A DNA stretch of 63,628 nt, counting the filler, from Octopus bimaculoides (taxonomy: Eukaryota): the NCBI RefSeq assembly GCF_001194135.2. It is 8 parts of 8 records of this genome, joined end to end, with 100 filler letters (N's around TTAATTAATTAA, not from the genome) between each part and the next. Parts side by side here need not be neighbours in the genome. Positions count along the whole stretch, not along the records: positions 22,172 to 48,750 come from NC_068982.1; 7 more parts are not named here. One strand, given 5' to 3'. This document shows, piece after piece, positions 23,373-36,560 of this stretch. Made by a program: the position numbers and the translations under genes. Under the pieces are notes generated by a model, which worked only from the letters and a program-made list of their open reading frames with translations, made no database searches and was not told the origin of the DNA. Within the stretch, counting starts at the first letter, position 1; every line of letters starts with the position of its first letter.

Positions 23373-23690
23373 CGCAGCAGCGGAATTTCCGGTGACATTG
23401 ATGTTCATCGAAGAAAACGAGCAACAAAATAGAGAAGAGCCAGTGAAACCTGAGCCACGCCCCTTCATCATTAAGAAAAGCAGCAAGTATTTGCACACAT
23501 CGAAAAAGGTCTTGCTATGTTCGAAGATATGGATCCAAATGCTCAATGCATTTGTTCCTTATAACGTAATCCTTGACGAAAAGAAGACAGTTCAAGGCAC
23601 TCTTGACCAGTTTTTTTTAATGCATCGAACAACGAGAACTGCCAGAATCAGCTGACGATGTTCACGTTCACGATCCTCAGCCATCTGCAT
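23373..23690 (+). mobile_element. Tigger/pogo transposase C-terminal fragment
   Basis: FAHIEKGLAMFEDMDPN and YNVILDEKKTVQGTLDQFF resemble the Tigger C-terminus. Confidence 0.7.
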
Positions 23691-23694
23691 GGAC

Positions 23695-24058
23695 AATGTA
23701 AACACCACTAAATTTTACGTATTGGTAAATTTAAGATACTTTATTGTTATCTGTTTTTACTTTATTACAAAATAATAATTATTTGTCTGTAAGCTTAAAA
23801 TAGGTTTTTATTAACCGTGTCGTATTGAAAATGCATTCATAAATAAAGTACAGCACTGGGGAAAGGATATTAGCGATGTAAACACCACCGAATTGTACGT
23901 ATTGGTATTTTAAAATACTTCAGTTTTTTAGTTGTTTTTTACTGTATTACAAAATAATAAATACATTTGTTTGTAAACTTAATATAGGTTCTTATTAACA
24001 ATGTCTTGTCGAAAATGAATTCATAAATAAAGTACAGCACTGGGGAATTGCTATTAGC
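23695..24058. repeat. Diverged tandem duplication, 2 units of ~182 bp
   Basis: ATGTAAACACCAC...ACGTATTGGTA...ATTCATAAATAAAGTACAGCACTGGGGAA occurs twice. Confidence 0.92.
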
Positions 24059-26239
24059 AGTTTAGGCTTGGTTAGGCCAGGCCTAGCCGAGCCTATAGAC
24101 AAGCTATCCGACTTAAGTCGTGTCTCCTGGAACCAATTAACGACTTAGGGTGAGGTATATATATATATACATATATATGGGAGAATATACAAATAATGAC
24201 AACAGACGAGGACAGGTGGTGTANNNNNNNNNNTATATATGTATGTATGTATGTATGTACATGTATATATATATAATGTTGCAGGAAATAACAAACGACA
24301 ATTGAACAACTTCAAAACCTGCAGATTTTGTCTGGAAGAAAAGTTTATTGGAGGACAATTAACTTACGTAAAAGTGAGCAGGTCTCAGAATGGACGTAAT
24401 TTAAAAATGTATTGTACACCTAGTTGCTCGTTGACATGAGAAGCCCACTATTGATATGACTTATTACTGAATTCCACTAAGGCACTTACACATCGGACCA
24501 TTTTACCAGCTTCTCTTATTGCTAATTTAAACTTCATCCTGAAATTGCACAATATCCTGACGTATGAGTTAAGCTAATGTTTCACTTTATCGATTTTCAT
24601 CATGTATTATTTATCTGAAAAGGTGGCTTTGCTGATGGATCTGCTTTTTTTAAAAATAACGTAGCTAGAACGCCTGTGGAAATGACGGCTATCTCGTATA
24701 TTATTACACAACAGTTAACTTGCAATAATCATGAAACTGGTATTATTTATTGTTTTCTCTTGTGTGTCTGCATAGTGATTATATACGGCAAAAATGCAGT
24801 CATTCCAACTTGTTGCGAATGACACTAATAATCTGCAGACATAATGAACAAATAACTCATGAAGAAGTTATGGCCAAAGATATATCGGAAGTACCAATAA
24901 CAGTAAGTTCAGTTTGATCTATAGGACTGGATGTTCATGCGGAGTTGGCATGGCCCCTACTCTGCATAACTTCTGCATACGAAATAAAAGTATTTTTTAG
25001 TAGCTTCTTGCTTAGACCATTATTTAGTCGACTATAAATACAGGACAAATGAAATTTTATTGGGAACTGTAAAATAGGTTTTTCTTGATAACTGAATTGC
25101 GTCTTACTTATATAATAGAATGAATGAAAAACTCCGACCAAGTGAGATTATCTAAGCAATTATCATACAGAAACTCCCTCAATGTGCCTTAAAATCTAAA
25201 ACTAAGAAGCAATGCAGAAGTCTCCATTAAAACTCAGTTGACTGGAATTTGTATAGAATACTCACAAGATGGTCTGAAGTAGCTCTCATTCAAAGCCATC
25301 TGATGAAAGCAATGGGTATCGTTCATTCTTAGATCTCCTTAGCGAAGTAAATTTTACTCAGTCGATAGGACTTAAAAGTGATCAGTTCGTAGAGGAATAT
25401 GATAAATTATATAATGGTACAAATTTTGAATAACAACAATTTGGATGAAAAAATAATTAAATGGAGCTTTCTGTAGAGGAAATACAAATGGGATAAGATC
25501 TCACACATGTAATGCAGTGAGTCGAAGACGTCAAATAAACTAGAATTGTTCAAATGCGATCAATTGACAAACTTTTCCCATTGGTGCATTTAAAATCTGA
25601 AAACAAACAATAAGAAACATGTTATTAAGATTAGTGCTTCGAAGTTGTTCAGCAATAAAGATAATCCATATTAAACTAAGTCGAATCTTTAAATCCGACT
25701 AATGATAATAAGGGGCATGTTTTCGTGTTATTAAACTTCTTTTGCGAAATATTTTCCAACAAAACATTTTCGATAATACTAAGAGTGACTAATATTTATT
25801 TAAGAACAGAACCAACAAAATTCTATGAATATCAACAATACAACGGAGGAGGATGCTAAAAAGGAGCATTCTACATATAATATAAATTCGATAGGGTCAC
25901 ACGTATTTATGACAGTGAGTTATAAACTTCATCCCACTGAGATCATCCAATCAACCATTAGAAAAAATTCTCTCCGGAAGTGATTACAATCTGCATAAAT
26001 AACAAAGATGATAACGCCAGCAGGTGGGTATAAGGTTGTTTGTTCGGTATTCAGTATTTTTCTTCATGCTTGCATGGAACGTCTAAGGAAACGATGACTA
26101 ACTTGTATATTTTAAGGTATAAGTTAACCAATTATATAAAGTAGTGAGATTGATTTATAAATCATCATATTTATCTGCGTGGTAAGTAAATACGAAAGAA
26201 ACTCATACAAACTATACTAATATTCTGTAATCATAATGG

Positions 26240-26437
26240 CACAAGGCCAGATATTTTAGGGGAGGAGTTAAGTCGATTACATCGACCCCTGTGCTCAAGT
26301 GGTAGTTACTTAATCGATCCTCAAAGGATGAAAAGCAAAGTCAACCTCGGCAGAATTTGAACTCAGGACGTAAAGACAGACGAAATGCCGCTAAGCATTT
26401 TGTCCGGCGTACTATCAAATCTGCTAGATCGCCGCCT
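26240..26437 (-). mobile_element. SINE family B
   Basis: AAAGGATGAAAAGCAAAGTCAACCTCGGCAGAATTTGAACTCAGGACG. Confidence 0.88.
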
Positions 26438-27762
26438 TCTGTAATCATAATAGACAAATATATCGTAAAGAGAATTATGATAACGACATACTATAAGTAA
26501 AGACATACCGTAGCATAAGATTTTAGGTTTGTTTGGGAGAACGATTAAGGAGCGTAGGGTAGGCAATGTTTCTGTTTGTCTGTGATAATCTGGGATATAT
26601 AGCTATGGTAATCAGCGGCTAAGGTTCTAAGTTACTTTTATTTGATGTCTCTATACTTGTTGACAGAAATGAGATGCAGAAAAATATCGAAAAGCTATCA
26701 AGATGTGGGTTATGAATATAGAAAGAATACCAGTAATGATTTGTAAACTAGGTACGAGAAAGAACATGAGCAGAGACATAAAAACCATATCAAGACTCAC
26801 CTATCTACACACCATCCAAATTAGAGCCCTAAAATTTAGAAGTCACATCATGCGCCAAACATTTTTAATGTAATAGCATAATGGATGCCGAGTATTTTGC
26901 GTAAAGTATGTGCTGTGCGAGTTTTACAGAATCAGATCTTTAAAATACCCCATGACCCACACAACACTTATACATAACTGATCTTCGGCATCACAATACT
27001 ATACATGTGGCAAAGTCTACACAATAATCATCGAAGCGTCATAAAACATATGAAATGTATCTTACATAATCGCCGCACGATATCATAGCACGAATCACAC
27101 ATGACACATTTAACTCAAAACCACCCGGTTAGGAAGAGTGTATTCTTTATACGTGGATACGAAGGGAATTTCAAATATCCTGATAACCAATTTCTGAAAC
27201 GAATCGATTACGGTAATCAACGCTTTCATTTTCTCCACTTCTACTACTCTTCGTCCTTATGTTGGTATGAAGTCTAAGTGATTTAAATAACCGTACATAT
27301 AAAGGCTGCAGTCACCATGAATTTTCTAATGACATTAAAGAGGATGTAAGTAAAACCAGACTGCATTCTCAGCTTGATACTAAATTACCACTGCATTGCC
27401 GCACACGTAACACGCTAATAACTCAAATTAATAAACCACATTATCTAGCTCCCCGAAGACAAATTCTCATTTTAATTTATATAAATCAAATTTCCTTTAA
27501 AATATTTTCGGACTATTTACAGGTCTGATCAGAAACTGTAATGCACTAAAAGGAATATATCTGTTATAAGAGATATTAGTAAAAATATTTATAAAATAAA
27601 TACAGTTAAGGTAAAACAAAAAAAGAAAGAATATGGAAATTGAGATATATCTTAATAGCTATATATTAATATATTAATACGTTAATGGCAAATATGTTAC
27701 GCTGTCACGTGGTTAGTTGGTATAATTAGCTTGTAGCCGACATAATAGAATAGGTGCTTTTA

Positions 27763-28101
27763 TCATCATCATCATCGTTTAACGTCCGCTTTCCATGCTA
27801 GCATGGGTTGGACGATTTGACTGAGGACTGGTGAAACCGGATGGCAACACCAGGCTCCAGTCTGATTTGGCAGAGTTTCTACAGCTGGATGCCCTTCCTA
27901 ACGCCAACCACTCAGAGAGTGTAGTGTGTGCTTTTACGTGTCACCCGCACGAAAACGGCCACGCTCGAAATGGTGTCTTTTATGTGCCACCCGCACAAGC
28001 CAGTCCAGGGGCACTGGCAACGATCTCACTCGAAAATCCTACAGGAGCCAGTCAGGCGGTACTGGCAACGGCCACGCTCAAAATGGTGCATCTCATGTGC
28101 C
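27763..28101 (-). mobile_element. Family E retroposon 3' end (RTE-type tail, (GAT)n end) with internal tandem repeats
   Basis: GCATGGGTTGGACG and GCTGGATGCCCTTCCTAACGCCAAC recall RTE-type 3' tails; GGCCACGCTC.AAATGGTG is repeated at ~27957 and ~28070. Confidence 0.75.
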
Positions 28102-28769
28102 NNNNNNNNNNNNNNNNNNNNNNNNNNNNNNNNNNNNNNNNNNNNNNNNNNNNNNNNNNNNNNNNNNNNNNNNNNNNNNNNNNNNNNNNNNNNNNNNNNN
28201 NNNNNNNNNNNNNNNNNNNNNNNNNNNNNNNNNNNNNNNNNNNNNNNNNNNNNNNNNNNNNNNNNNNNNNNNNNNNNNNNNNNNNNNNNNNNNNNNNNNN
28301 NNNNNNNNNNNNNNNNNNNNNNNNNNNNNNNNNNNNNNNNNNNNNNNNNNNNNNNNNNNNNNNNNNNNNNNNNNNNNNNNNNNNNNNNNNNNNNNNNNNN
28401 NNNNNNNNNNNNNNNNNNNNNNNNNNNNNNNNNNNNNNNNNNNNNNNNNNNNNNNNNNNNNNNNNNNNNNNNNNNNNNNNNNNNNNNNNNNNNNNNNNNN
28501 NNNNNNNNNNNNNNNNNNNNNNNNNNNNNNNNNNNNNNNNNNNNNNNNNNNNNNNNNNNNNNNNNNNNNNNNNNNNNNNNNNNNNNNNNNNNNNNNNNNN
28601 NNNNNNNNNNNNNNNNNNNNNNNNNNNNNNNNNNNNNNNNNNNNNNNNNNNNNNNNNNNNNNNNNNNNNNNNNNNNNNNNNNNNNNNNNNNNNNNNNNNN
28701 NNNNNNNNNNNNNNNNNNNATATATATATATATATAGCCGATGTTGATCCGTTTATGTCCCATAAACTA

Positions 28770-28905
28770 GTGGTTCGTCAACGTGATAAATTAAGTACGA
28801 ATCTTAAAAAAATAAGTATGCAGATGGATTTTTTCGACTAAAATTTTCAAGGCAGTGCCCCAGCATGGCAGCAGTGGAATGACAAAAACAAGTAAAGCAT
28901 AAAAA
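28770..28905 (+). mobile_element. SINE module C, decayed
   Basis: CAAGGCAGTGCCCCAGCATGGCAGCAGT...ACAAGTAAAG. Confidence 0.65.
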
Positions 28906-30181
28906 GTATCCTAGAAATACAATTCAGACGTTTTCATTGGTCCACGACTACGTAGTTTTGAAGAAATTAAATGGTCAATTGAATGTTATTTTATCTAACA
29001 CGGGACGAAATAAAGAAGTCATTCACATCAGAGCGTTGAATAAAAATTTCGATATGGACCTCTACTTCCACTTGCTAGAAATATTCGACAAATCTACATC
29101 GACCTCCTTACATATAGAAGACCACATTCCATAATATAGCTCTCGATATAGCACTCCTAAGTGAAAGGTAGTATAACAGTGGTTTGAGTCCCTTTGATCA
29201 TAAATATGCTCGAACACGACTGACATGAAGCTAAACAAAATCAATAAACATTCTAACCGCCAAAAATATATAACAGTGATTTGTTAAACTACAAACGTCC
29301 GACAACAAGAAATTAACTAGGATTACATCACTACCATATCTTACGTGTTTCATCATCTTCAGAGAAAAATCATTTGAGAGATGGAAGAAACTAAACCAGA
29401 TGTTATTTCTTAATACTTCCGTACACTTTAGCCACTGTATTAATGTTTTTATAGATGCTCTGAAGCACGCGAGTTATATTAAATTCCTTAGTTCAAGTGA
29501 ACCACAAGACACTGTACTAAATTGCACTTTATTCTAATATACGATGGTATACGTGATCTTGTGCGGTAACTACAGTGTTTAGCTAGATAATATATATAGA
29601 CAACTTCTAAGTAGTTTAAAGAAGTCAATAATTAAGACTTGTTTAAAAATATTCAAATGCCATGAAGAAAGTTTATCACTGTAACAGAAACAATAATGAC
29701 GAGAAGATGCTCATACTATATGGACTAAATTTCAAAAATAGGTTGTTTCTTTCTCGCATCTATATATATCTCTGATCGTTGTAATAAGTAAAACAATGAC
29801 TCGTTCGTTTTAAATAAAGATTAGGTTTGTGTGAACGACGAAGAAAGAGGAGACTTTGGTAGAAAGGGGAGAGCGTTAGACCAAGTGTCTTTTATAATTT
29901 AGATACCACAACACGTTCTGACTTGAAATTATCTCTATCTGATTTGTTTCATTCATCTAATATCAGTAGAATTTGATATACTGGTGCCAAACGAACCTGT
30001 TAAACTCTTGATAGTTGGTAGTCCTACGTTAATGCTCGAAACATTTCTTTGCAATAAAGTTTCAGTACTAATTAGGGATTAGATAACTGAAAATAGATTT
30101 AACTCCAAAAGTACTGTGATTGTGTGATGTGAGAGCTAATGAGATAGATTATTTACAATCACTCTACAAGTGGATAGGGAT

Positions 30182-31056
30182 TAACGTGGTAGTATCAGAA
30201 AGTTTCCGGACTCGTTCTGTAGCACGACAACAGACGGCAGCACACGGTTGCGTGCGCAATGAGAGATAGCAGTGACCTTTATGGGGCAGTGTGCTGAGTG
30301 ACATCGCTGTGTTTACATTGCAAGTTGTGAAATTTGTGTTTTTCTGATCACATGTATGCTGTAGTCTGCGATTTTTGTCATGGACAGGAAGTTGCAATAA
30401 AGAGCAAACGTGAAATTTTGCGTTAAACTTGGAAAGTATGTTACAGAGCATTGAGAATTCTTCGTCAAGCTTATGGCGACGAGGCAGTGGGTCGTACGCA
30501 ATGTTTCAAGTAGCACGGCGTTACAAAATCAGAACATCCTTGGAAGATGATGAGCGATCTCGAAGACCTGCTACGAGCGTCACCCCAGGAAATGTGGAGA
30601 ACATTTTAAAATGCATCAGCTTGTGCATGGGCATCGTCAGGGGACAATCAACGACGTTTTGAGGGAAGACATTCGGTGAAAGCGACCGGATCTGTGGATT
30701 ACGAAGAATTGGATTCTTCAAAACGACAATTCACACTGTCACCGAGCTCTCCTCCTAGTGAGTTTCTCCCCCAATACAACATGGTATTCGCACTTGCCCT
30801 ATTCACCAGATTTAGCACCTGCGGACATCCATCCCTTCCTTAAGATGTAAATGCAGCTCAAAGGTCGCCGTTTTAACACCGTTGTCGAGATCCAGAGCGA
30901 CTCGCTTATGGAAAATTACTTCCAGTCCGGATTCCAAAACTGGCAGGAACGCTGGTGCTGGGGTATTGCTGGGCAAGGTGACTATTTCGAAGGAGATGAT
31001 GTTGAAACTTCTTATTAGAGATAACTAGTCCGGGAACGTTTTGATACCATCTTGTA
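30182..31056 (+). mobile_element. Internally deleted mariner element with both TIRs
   Basis: Inverted ends GTATCAGAAAGTTTCCGGACT and AGTCCGGGAACGTTTTGATAC; NVKFCVKLGK...AYGDEA...SLEDDERSRRP and YSPDLAPAD...LKGRRF. Confidence 0.92.
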
Positions 31057-33304
31057 CATTAAAACTTATTGACATTTCCTACTAATTTCAGAAATTTTTA
31101 TAAATTCAGAACAGTAACGTTCTGGAAAATTAAACGAAATATTTCCTTTTATTAACAAAAGGTGTTTTATATCGTATCAATTACATGGGGTATATTTTTG
31201 TAAATAATTCGCTTCGTCCAGTCACTTGATTACAATTATTTGATCATATCTACATTAAGGCATAATCAAGAAAAGGTTGAAAGCAATGTTGTTGGATAAT
31301 TTGTTGTCAAATTATGGGTGGTATATGCAGCATAATTATTTAGAGTAAGTCAGGTTGGTGGAAAATTCAGTTATGATATAAGCATTAGTATTAATATTAA
31401 ACAACCTATGTAAGGTAAAACAGTATATTTTTGTTTTCATTCATTGACATAGCCTTACACAAATTGCTTAATCGAAGGTTTTTGCAAACATTTTTCTCAT
31501 TTATTAAGATATTTATATTCTCAAGATATTTAACAAATATTCACATTGTACTGTATTTTCAAAAATATGTTGCACCATTAATGATACTTTCATATTTTGT
31601 TATTACATCAACGTTTTGCCAGTATTATGTCTCTGGTACAGATAGAAAAAGTCTCTTCCATTAGATGAAACGGCAGTTCCCCGTGTAAACACCAGAACAT
31701 CCATATAAAGAATTAATTACACTTGTTACAAATATTTTCAACTCCGTCACTCTTTTTCTTCTCCTTCCTCTTTAGTCTCATATTCTACCTACCTTTGTCT
31801 TATCCAATGTACACAATAGTTTTCTATGCTTCTCTCTCTTTCATTGCTTGAATTCATTAATACTTATATTTATAACCACTTCACTCATTGTTTCCCAGCC
31901 ACATCATCGAGCTTTGATGTTCTTGTAATTGCGTTTCCGATAATTGTTTTTCACCTGCATCCTCTCATATATATTCGTTAATTCCACATTTACGCTCAAA
32001 TTGAACTAATACTAATTATATTTTATTAGTTGCAACAAATAACATCTGAAACCCATTTCTCTCAATCTTTTTCGTCATTTTTGCCCTTTCATTAATCTCC
32101 GTATTTAATCTCCATGTATTTATCTTTGTATTCTTGCTTCATTGTTTATATCCTAGACCTTCAGTAACAATTTACTAATTTGTACTTTTATTAATCATAG
32201 TGTTGGGAAATTTGTTTTATTAAACTGCTATTGATATTATATTTTTGCACTTTAATATGCCCAAATAATACACACACACTTTACTTTTGTTATAAATACT
32301 GTATAACAAGCTTCTCCTAGCTAGATTAATTCTATTATTTGACGATGATTCATATTTACTACATGTCCACTATTTTCCCGTCATTCCTTTGTTACAATGT
32401 GCTCTGTGCTCAATCCCCAAAACTCATAAATCTTTGTAGACTCTCTAATAACTCCTTTGGCAGTTACACTTAGATTGTTTTGCTAATAATGTCTAATAAG
32501 ACAGAAACAAGTCTGTAGCTGTCAGAATAATACTAAAGCTCTATTATGTCAAGTATTGCTGTTCATACTTTATTATTTATCTGAAAGTCTGTAATATGAT
32601 AAAAAGCAGAAACATAATTTGAAACATAAAACTCAATATATTTTTTTCTAATGAAACTACATATTTGTTAAAGCTTTATCCAACTAATGTAGCGTACTTG
32701 AACACATTTCCTGTAGCTGTCACTTCTATTATTAAATACTATGATACATCTCAAGTGAATCATCTACAAAAATTTTCCATTTACATAAATGGTTAATGGA
32801 GTGCGAATTTGCGGATGTACAATTGTAGTAAACAATTATATAAATCAACGAATTCTTTGGAGCTATGCAGTTAAATAGGAAGCATTTGAAGACATTGATA
32901 TATTAGATTAGTTACGTTTCGGTTGGTTAGTTTGGGCGATTTCTAATTGAAGTTTACGATATGTTTATACGTGTTTGTGTGGATTTTCGCTTTTGCTGTT
33001 GTCATTGTGTTTGACCTCAGGTTACTCTTCATTAAGTAAACAAATTTCAAAAGTATTCCATGATCAACCCCATCTTTTTTTCCTTAAATGTAGTACGTTT
33101 TGGATTACATTATCCAATAGATATTTCGTTTTAAAAACTCTACAGTTTGAAATATTTGCGCTACAACTGCTGTTTCTTGAAGGTCGTGTTGCCACGTAAT
33201 ACTTTCCTCGTTGGCTCGTACGTATTTAAAAGCATGTGATATTTTCTTCTTAGAAAAATAATAGTGAATGACATTGTAGACGATAAAATACTGTTGATGA
33301 GTAT

Positions 33305-33505
33305 ATAAGAGGGGGTACCCAAAAGTAACCAGAAACGTCCACTTTATGCGACACTCAGACATCCTTCTGCCGACCAGCCTCGTCGGCTCTAATCCTACTG
33401 CCATGAGGTGCGTTTTTTTTTTTGCAGTGCTTCTCCCCTGTTCGACAATTTTTGTGAAGGCTGAAACGAAGGAACAGCGTGCTTCCGTGAAATTCTGTTT
33501 TGTCT
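33305..33505 (+). mobile_element. Mariner 5' end fragment
   Basis: TIR-like TAAGAGGGGGTACCCAAAAGTAACC; KEQRASVKFCF. Confidence 0.7.
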
Positions 33506-33917
33506 CCCACTTTACCCTTAAAGGTTTAATTTTGTTTGAAAATAACACATCACTTTTAGAATGCGTTCTCACACTGAGTGAAGTATCTGTAGGATCTAGT
33601 GAATGACTTATCTAAACATTCACCTGAGAAGGCGCATTTTACACCTTGGATGTATGATAATGATTACACAAAACCGCAGCAATATACTAAAGGTGTAAAA
33701 GTGTGTAGAAACATTTGTAGTGATTTTAAATAAAGAACGTCGTTCATTCCATTTTCTATCATTTATCTACGAATACTATTGAATTTCTGTTGTATATCAT
33801 CAGATAGCTCGTCCAATAACTGTGTGAGCTTTGCATAACATTCTAGATGTTTACCTAAATATTATGTGCGTCTGTGTGTGTATGTCTGAGTGTCTGTGCA
33901 CCTGTGCGCCTGTATGT

Positions 33918-33955
<38 letters not shown>

Positions 33956-35854
33956 TATATAACGCATTTCCTCTACCAGTACCTAAATTCGTGGTTTCTT
34001 TCGATAAATAATAAATTAATTCTAGATAAAAGGATGCATTGTTCTTCATTAATGGAACGCTTCTTTTGGGCTAATAATATATTTCAGGCTTCAAGTGTTT
34101 AATGGAAGCTAGTGTAGTTTTATGTCTGAATTTAATGCCATCTTACTAGAACTATCTGCTGCGTTGTGATGTTACTGTGAACATTGACCTACGTTAAATA
34201 TCAGATATATAATTTTCATTGTCTTTTCATTGCTACTTTTGAGACATGCAACAGCTACAAATTGTTTAATAGTCAACGATATCTACCTGTTTGAACACAG
34301 TATACGCACAACTGCCTCTTCATGCGCTGTGTCACCCTCATGATCTACAGTGTGTTACTAACATAGAAACGAACGGCACACATTCGAGAGTCATACGACA
34401 CATTATGCATTCCAGTTCTGCAAGCCGTTGGCATGAATACCTGTACTGATTCCATGGCTGTTTGTTTCATAGAATTCAAACCTGTTTGACATTTTATGAT
34501 AAAATAAAGAAAATACATCCCAACTGATTTCATAGCGTCTTTGTTTTGTTTCTTTTTAAAAAATACACTGTGATTAAATAACAAGCGTGACCTTTTCAAT
34601 GGGAGACTATTCTTTGAAGCGGAATATTATTTTGGATTGAGACATATGGAAATAAACACTATATTTTAGAATCGTTATGTTATTGACATTTATTTCACCT
34701 CGCAGCTTTACCATATTTAAAGAACAGTTTAAAAATTAGAATTGATGGTGTGTTTTAGTTTTTATTTCAAATAGAATATTACATATAAACTCTACAAGTT
34801 TTTCTAGCAATTAATATGTTTCTTATTTCTTTTGTAGCAATTTTATTTCTCCTATAATTTATTATTATGATGCCATCAGCTAACCTTCTTTACATGCCTA
34901 TGAGTTAAAATAAAGCTAAATAGGTGCAGATCTTCTTCATCTTTATTTTGCAAACCTCAATTCCATTGATGGAAAGTATGCTACCCAAATGTCAATATTC
35001 AACTTTTTTTCCGTTGATAATGAAATGAATGTAATTTAATGTCACTTAATATCCTTAAAATCTGAATGACATTTGTAATGACACAATGCAGTAAGTTTTT
35101 CAAAGTGTAAATTATTTCTTTTTTGTATAGTATCTCGTTGACGTCATATTTACTCCGAGATCATATAGGACCAGCGAAAACGTGCCTATCTACTGTTTAT
35201 GTCTTGACCAAATTGTTTATTAACCGGCAGTTTAGCACTCAAAGCAATATTTCCTATTTGAAAAACAAATTATTTTCCTGAATGATAAAAATACATCTCG
35301 AAGCTTTATGCTGGTGATGAGAACATTGTTTTTGTCTTGACAAGGCACAACATTCTTGTATTGTAGAATAAAAATGGGAAACTATGAAAATCATATAGTT
35401 TTATAGATAAATGCTTTTAAGTGATGTGACCTTACACACAACCAACAACATTCGTTCAAAGCTACACGTTGCTCTACTTTATAATAATCATGTTGAAACG
35501 TACTTGTAATGTGATATTCATTCATCACGCTAGACATCCATCATATCTTGAAAATATTAGGATCGAATTATGGTTAAAATGGATCTCAGATACAATATGG
35601 ATCATTGTACATGTAAGGCAGAAGAGATGCTGTTTTTATGTTGTTTTTTTTTTCTTTTTAGTAATACTTCTTTCTGTCCTTTAAAATTAAGCAATTCACG
35701 AGTGAATTGTTAGGATATCCCTGAAAATAATGTTAAGATACCAGGTAATATTTCGTCTATTCCTTAATAAACTCTCCAACGAATGGTGGATGTTATTAAT
35801 ATAGATATGTAATTGATAATTCTGTATCATTTCACAGAAAGTTTTGAATAAATA

Positions 35855-36560
35855 CTAGGTGACCCCCCCCCCCAAAAAAAAAAAGAAAACGGAACTTTTG
35901 AAAAACCCAACAAAAACAGGAAAAATCTAAATCAACAAAAATGTTTTATTGATAGCAAGTACACAACTTGCTTTTTAATAATCAGTAATTCAAAGTATTA
36001 ATGTCTGAAAATTACGTCCTGTAGATGGTATCCTCTTATACATACGCATTCTGTCAATCTGCCGTTGAGGTTCCCCATTCTCGGGGTAACATCTCAGTTG
36101 GTATACCATGAATTTCATTTTGAATTTTTGTTTCAGTTCATCCAAAGTCTTTGGCCGAGCCATGTTGACTTGACTCTTAAGGTAGCCTCACAAGTAAAAA
36201 ATCACAAACGGACAAATCCGGGGCGAGGGTGCAGTGAATAATGTCAAATCTTCAGATGGCACGGTTACCGAACAAATCTTTACAGCTGTCATTGATTGCC
36301 TTGTAGTGTGCAATGTCGCACCACTGTAAAGTTGCAGAAAATTGTTCAATGGAAGTGCAACAAAAGATTGCAGTATCTCAACATATCGATCCAAAGTTAC
36401 AGTAGTTGTGATCCTCCTATCATTTTCGAAAAAGTAAAGTCTGATGACCCCGTGTCACGAAACTGCACACCATACCGTCACCTTACTGCTGTGTAAAGGG
36501 AGTTCATGATGTTCTTTAGGGTTGTTCTCTGCACAGCAACGACTGCTCTGTTTGTTGACC
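35855..36560 (-). mobile_element. Tc1/mariner-superfamily transposase 3' part plus TIR, decayed
   Basis: Minus strand: FLQLYSGATLHT (QQDGAT.HT), PDLSVCDF...GYLKSQV...PKTLDEL, G.HLQDVIF. Confidence 0.85.

Noticed and set aside
27310-27352. Possible micro-exon CAG|TCACCATG...GAGGAT|GTAAGT
   Set aside because: Weak acceptor and no partner exons or homology; such motifs arise often by chance.
36440-36486. CTGATGA...GAAAC...GTC hammerhead-like string
   Set aside because: Stem II cannot close (C opposite C), and it lies in the antisense strand of a Tc1/mariner coding relic.
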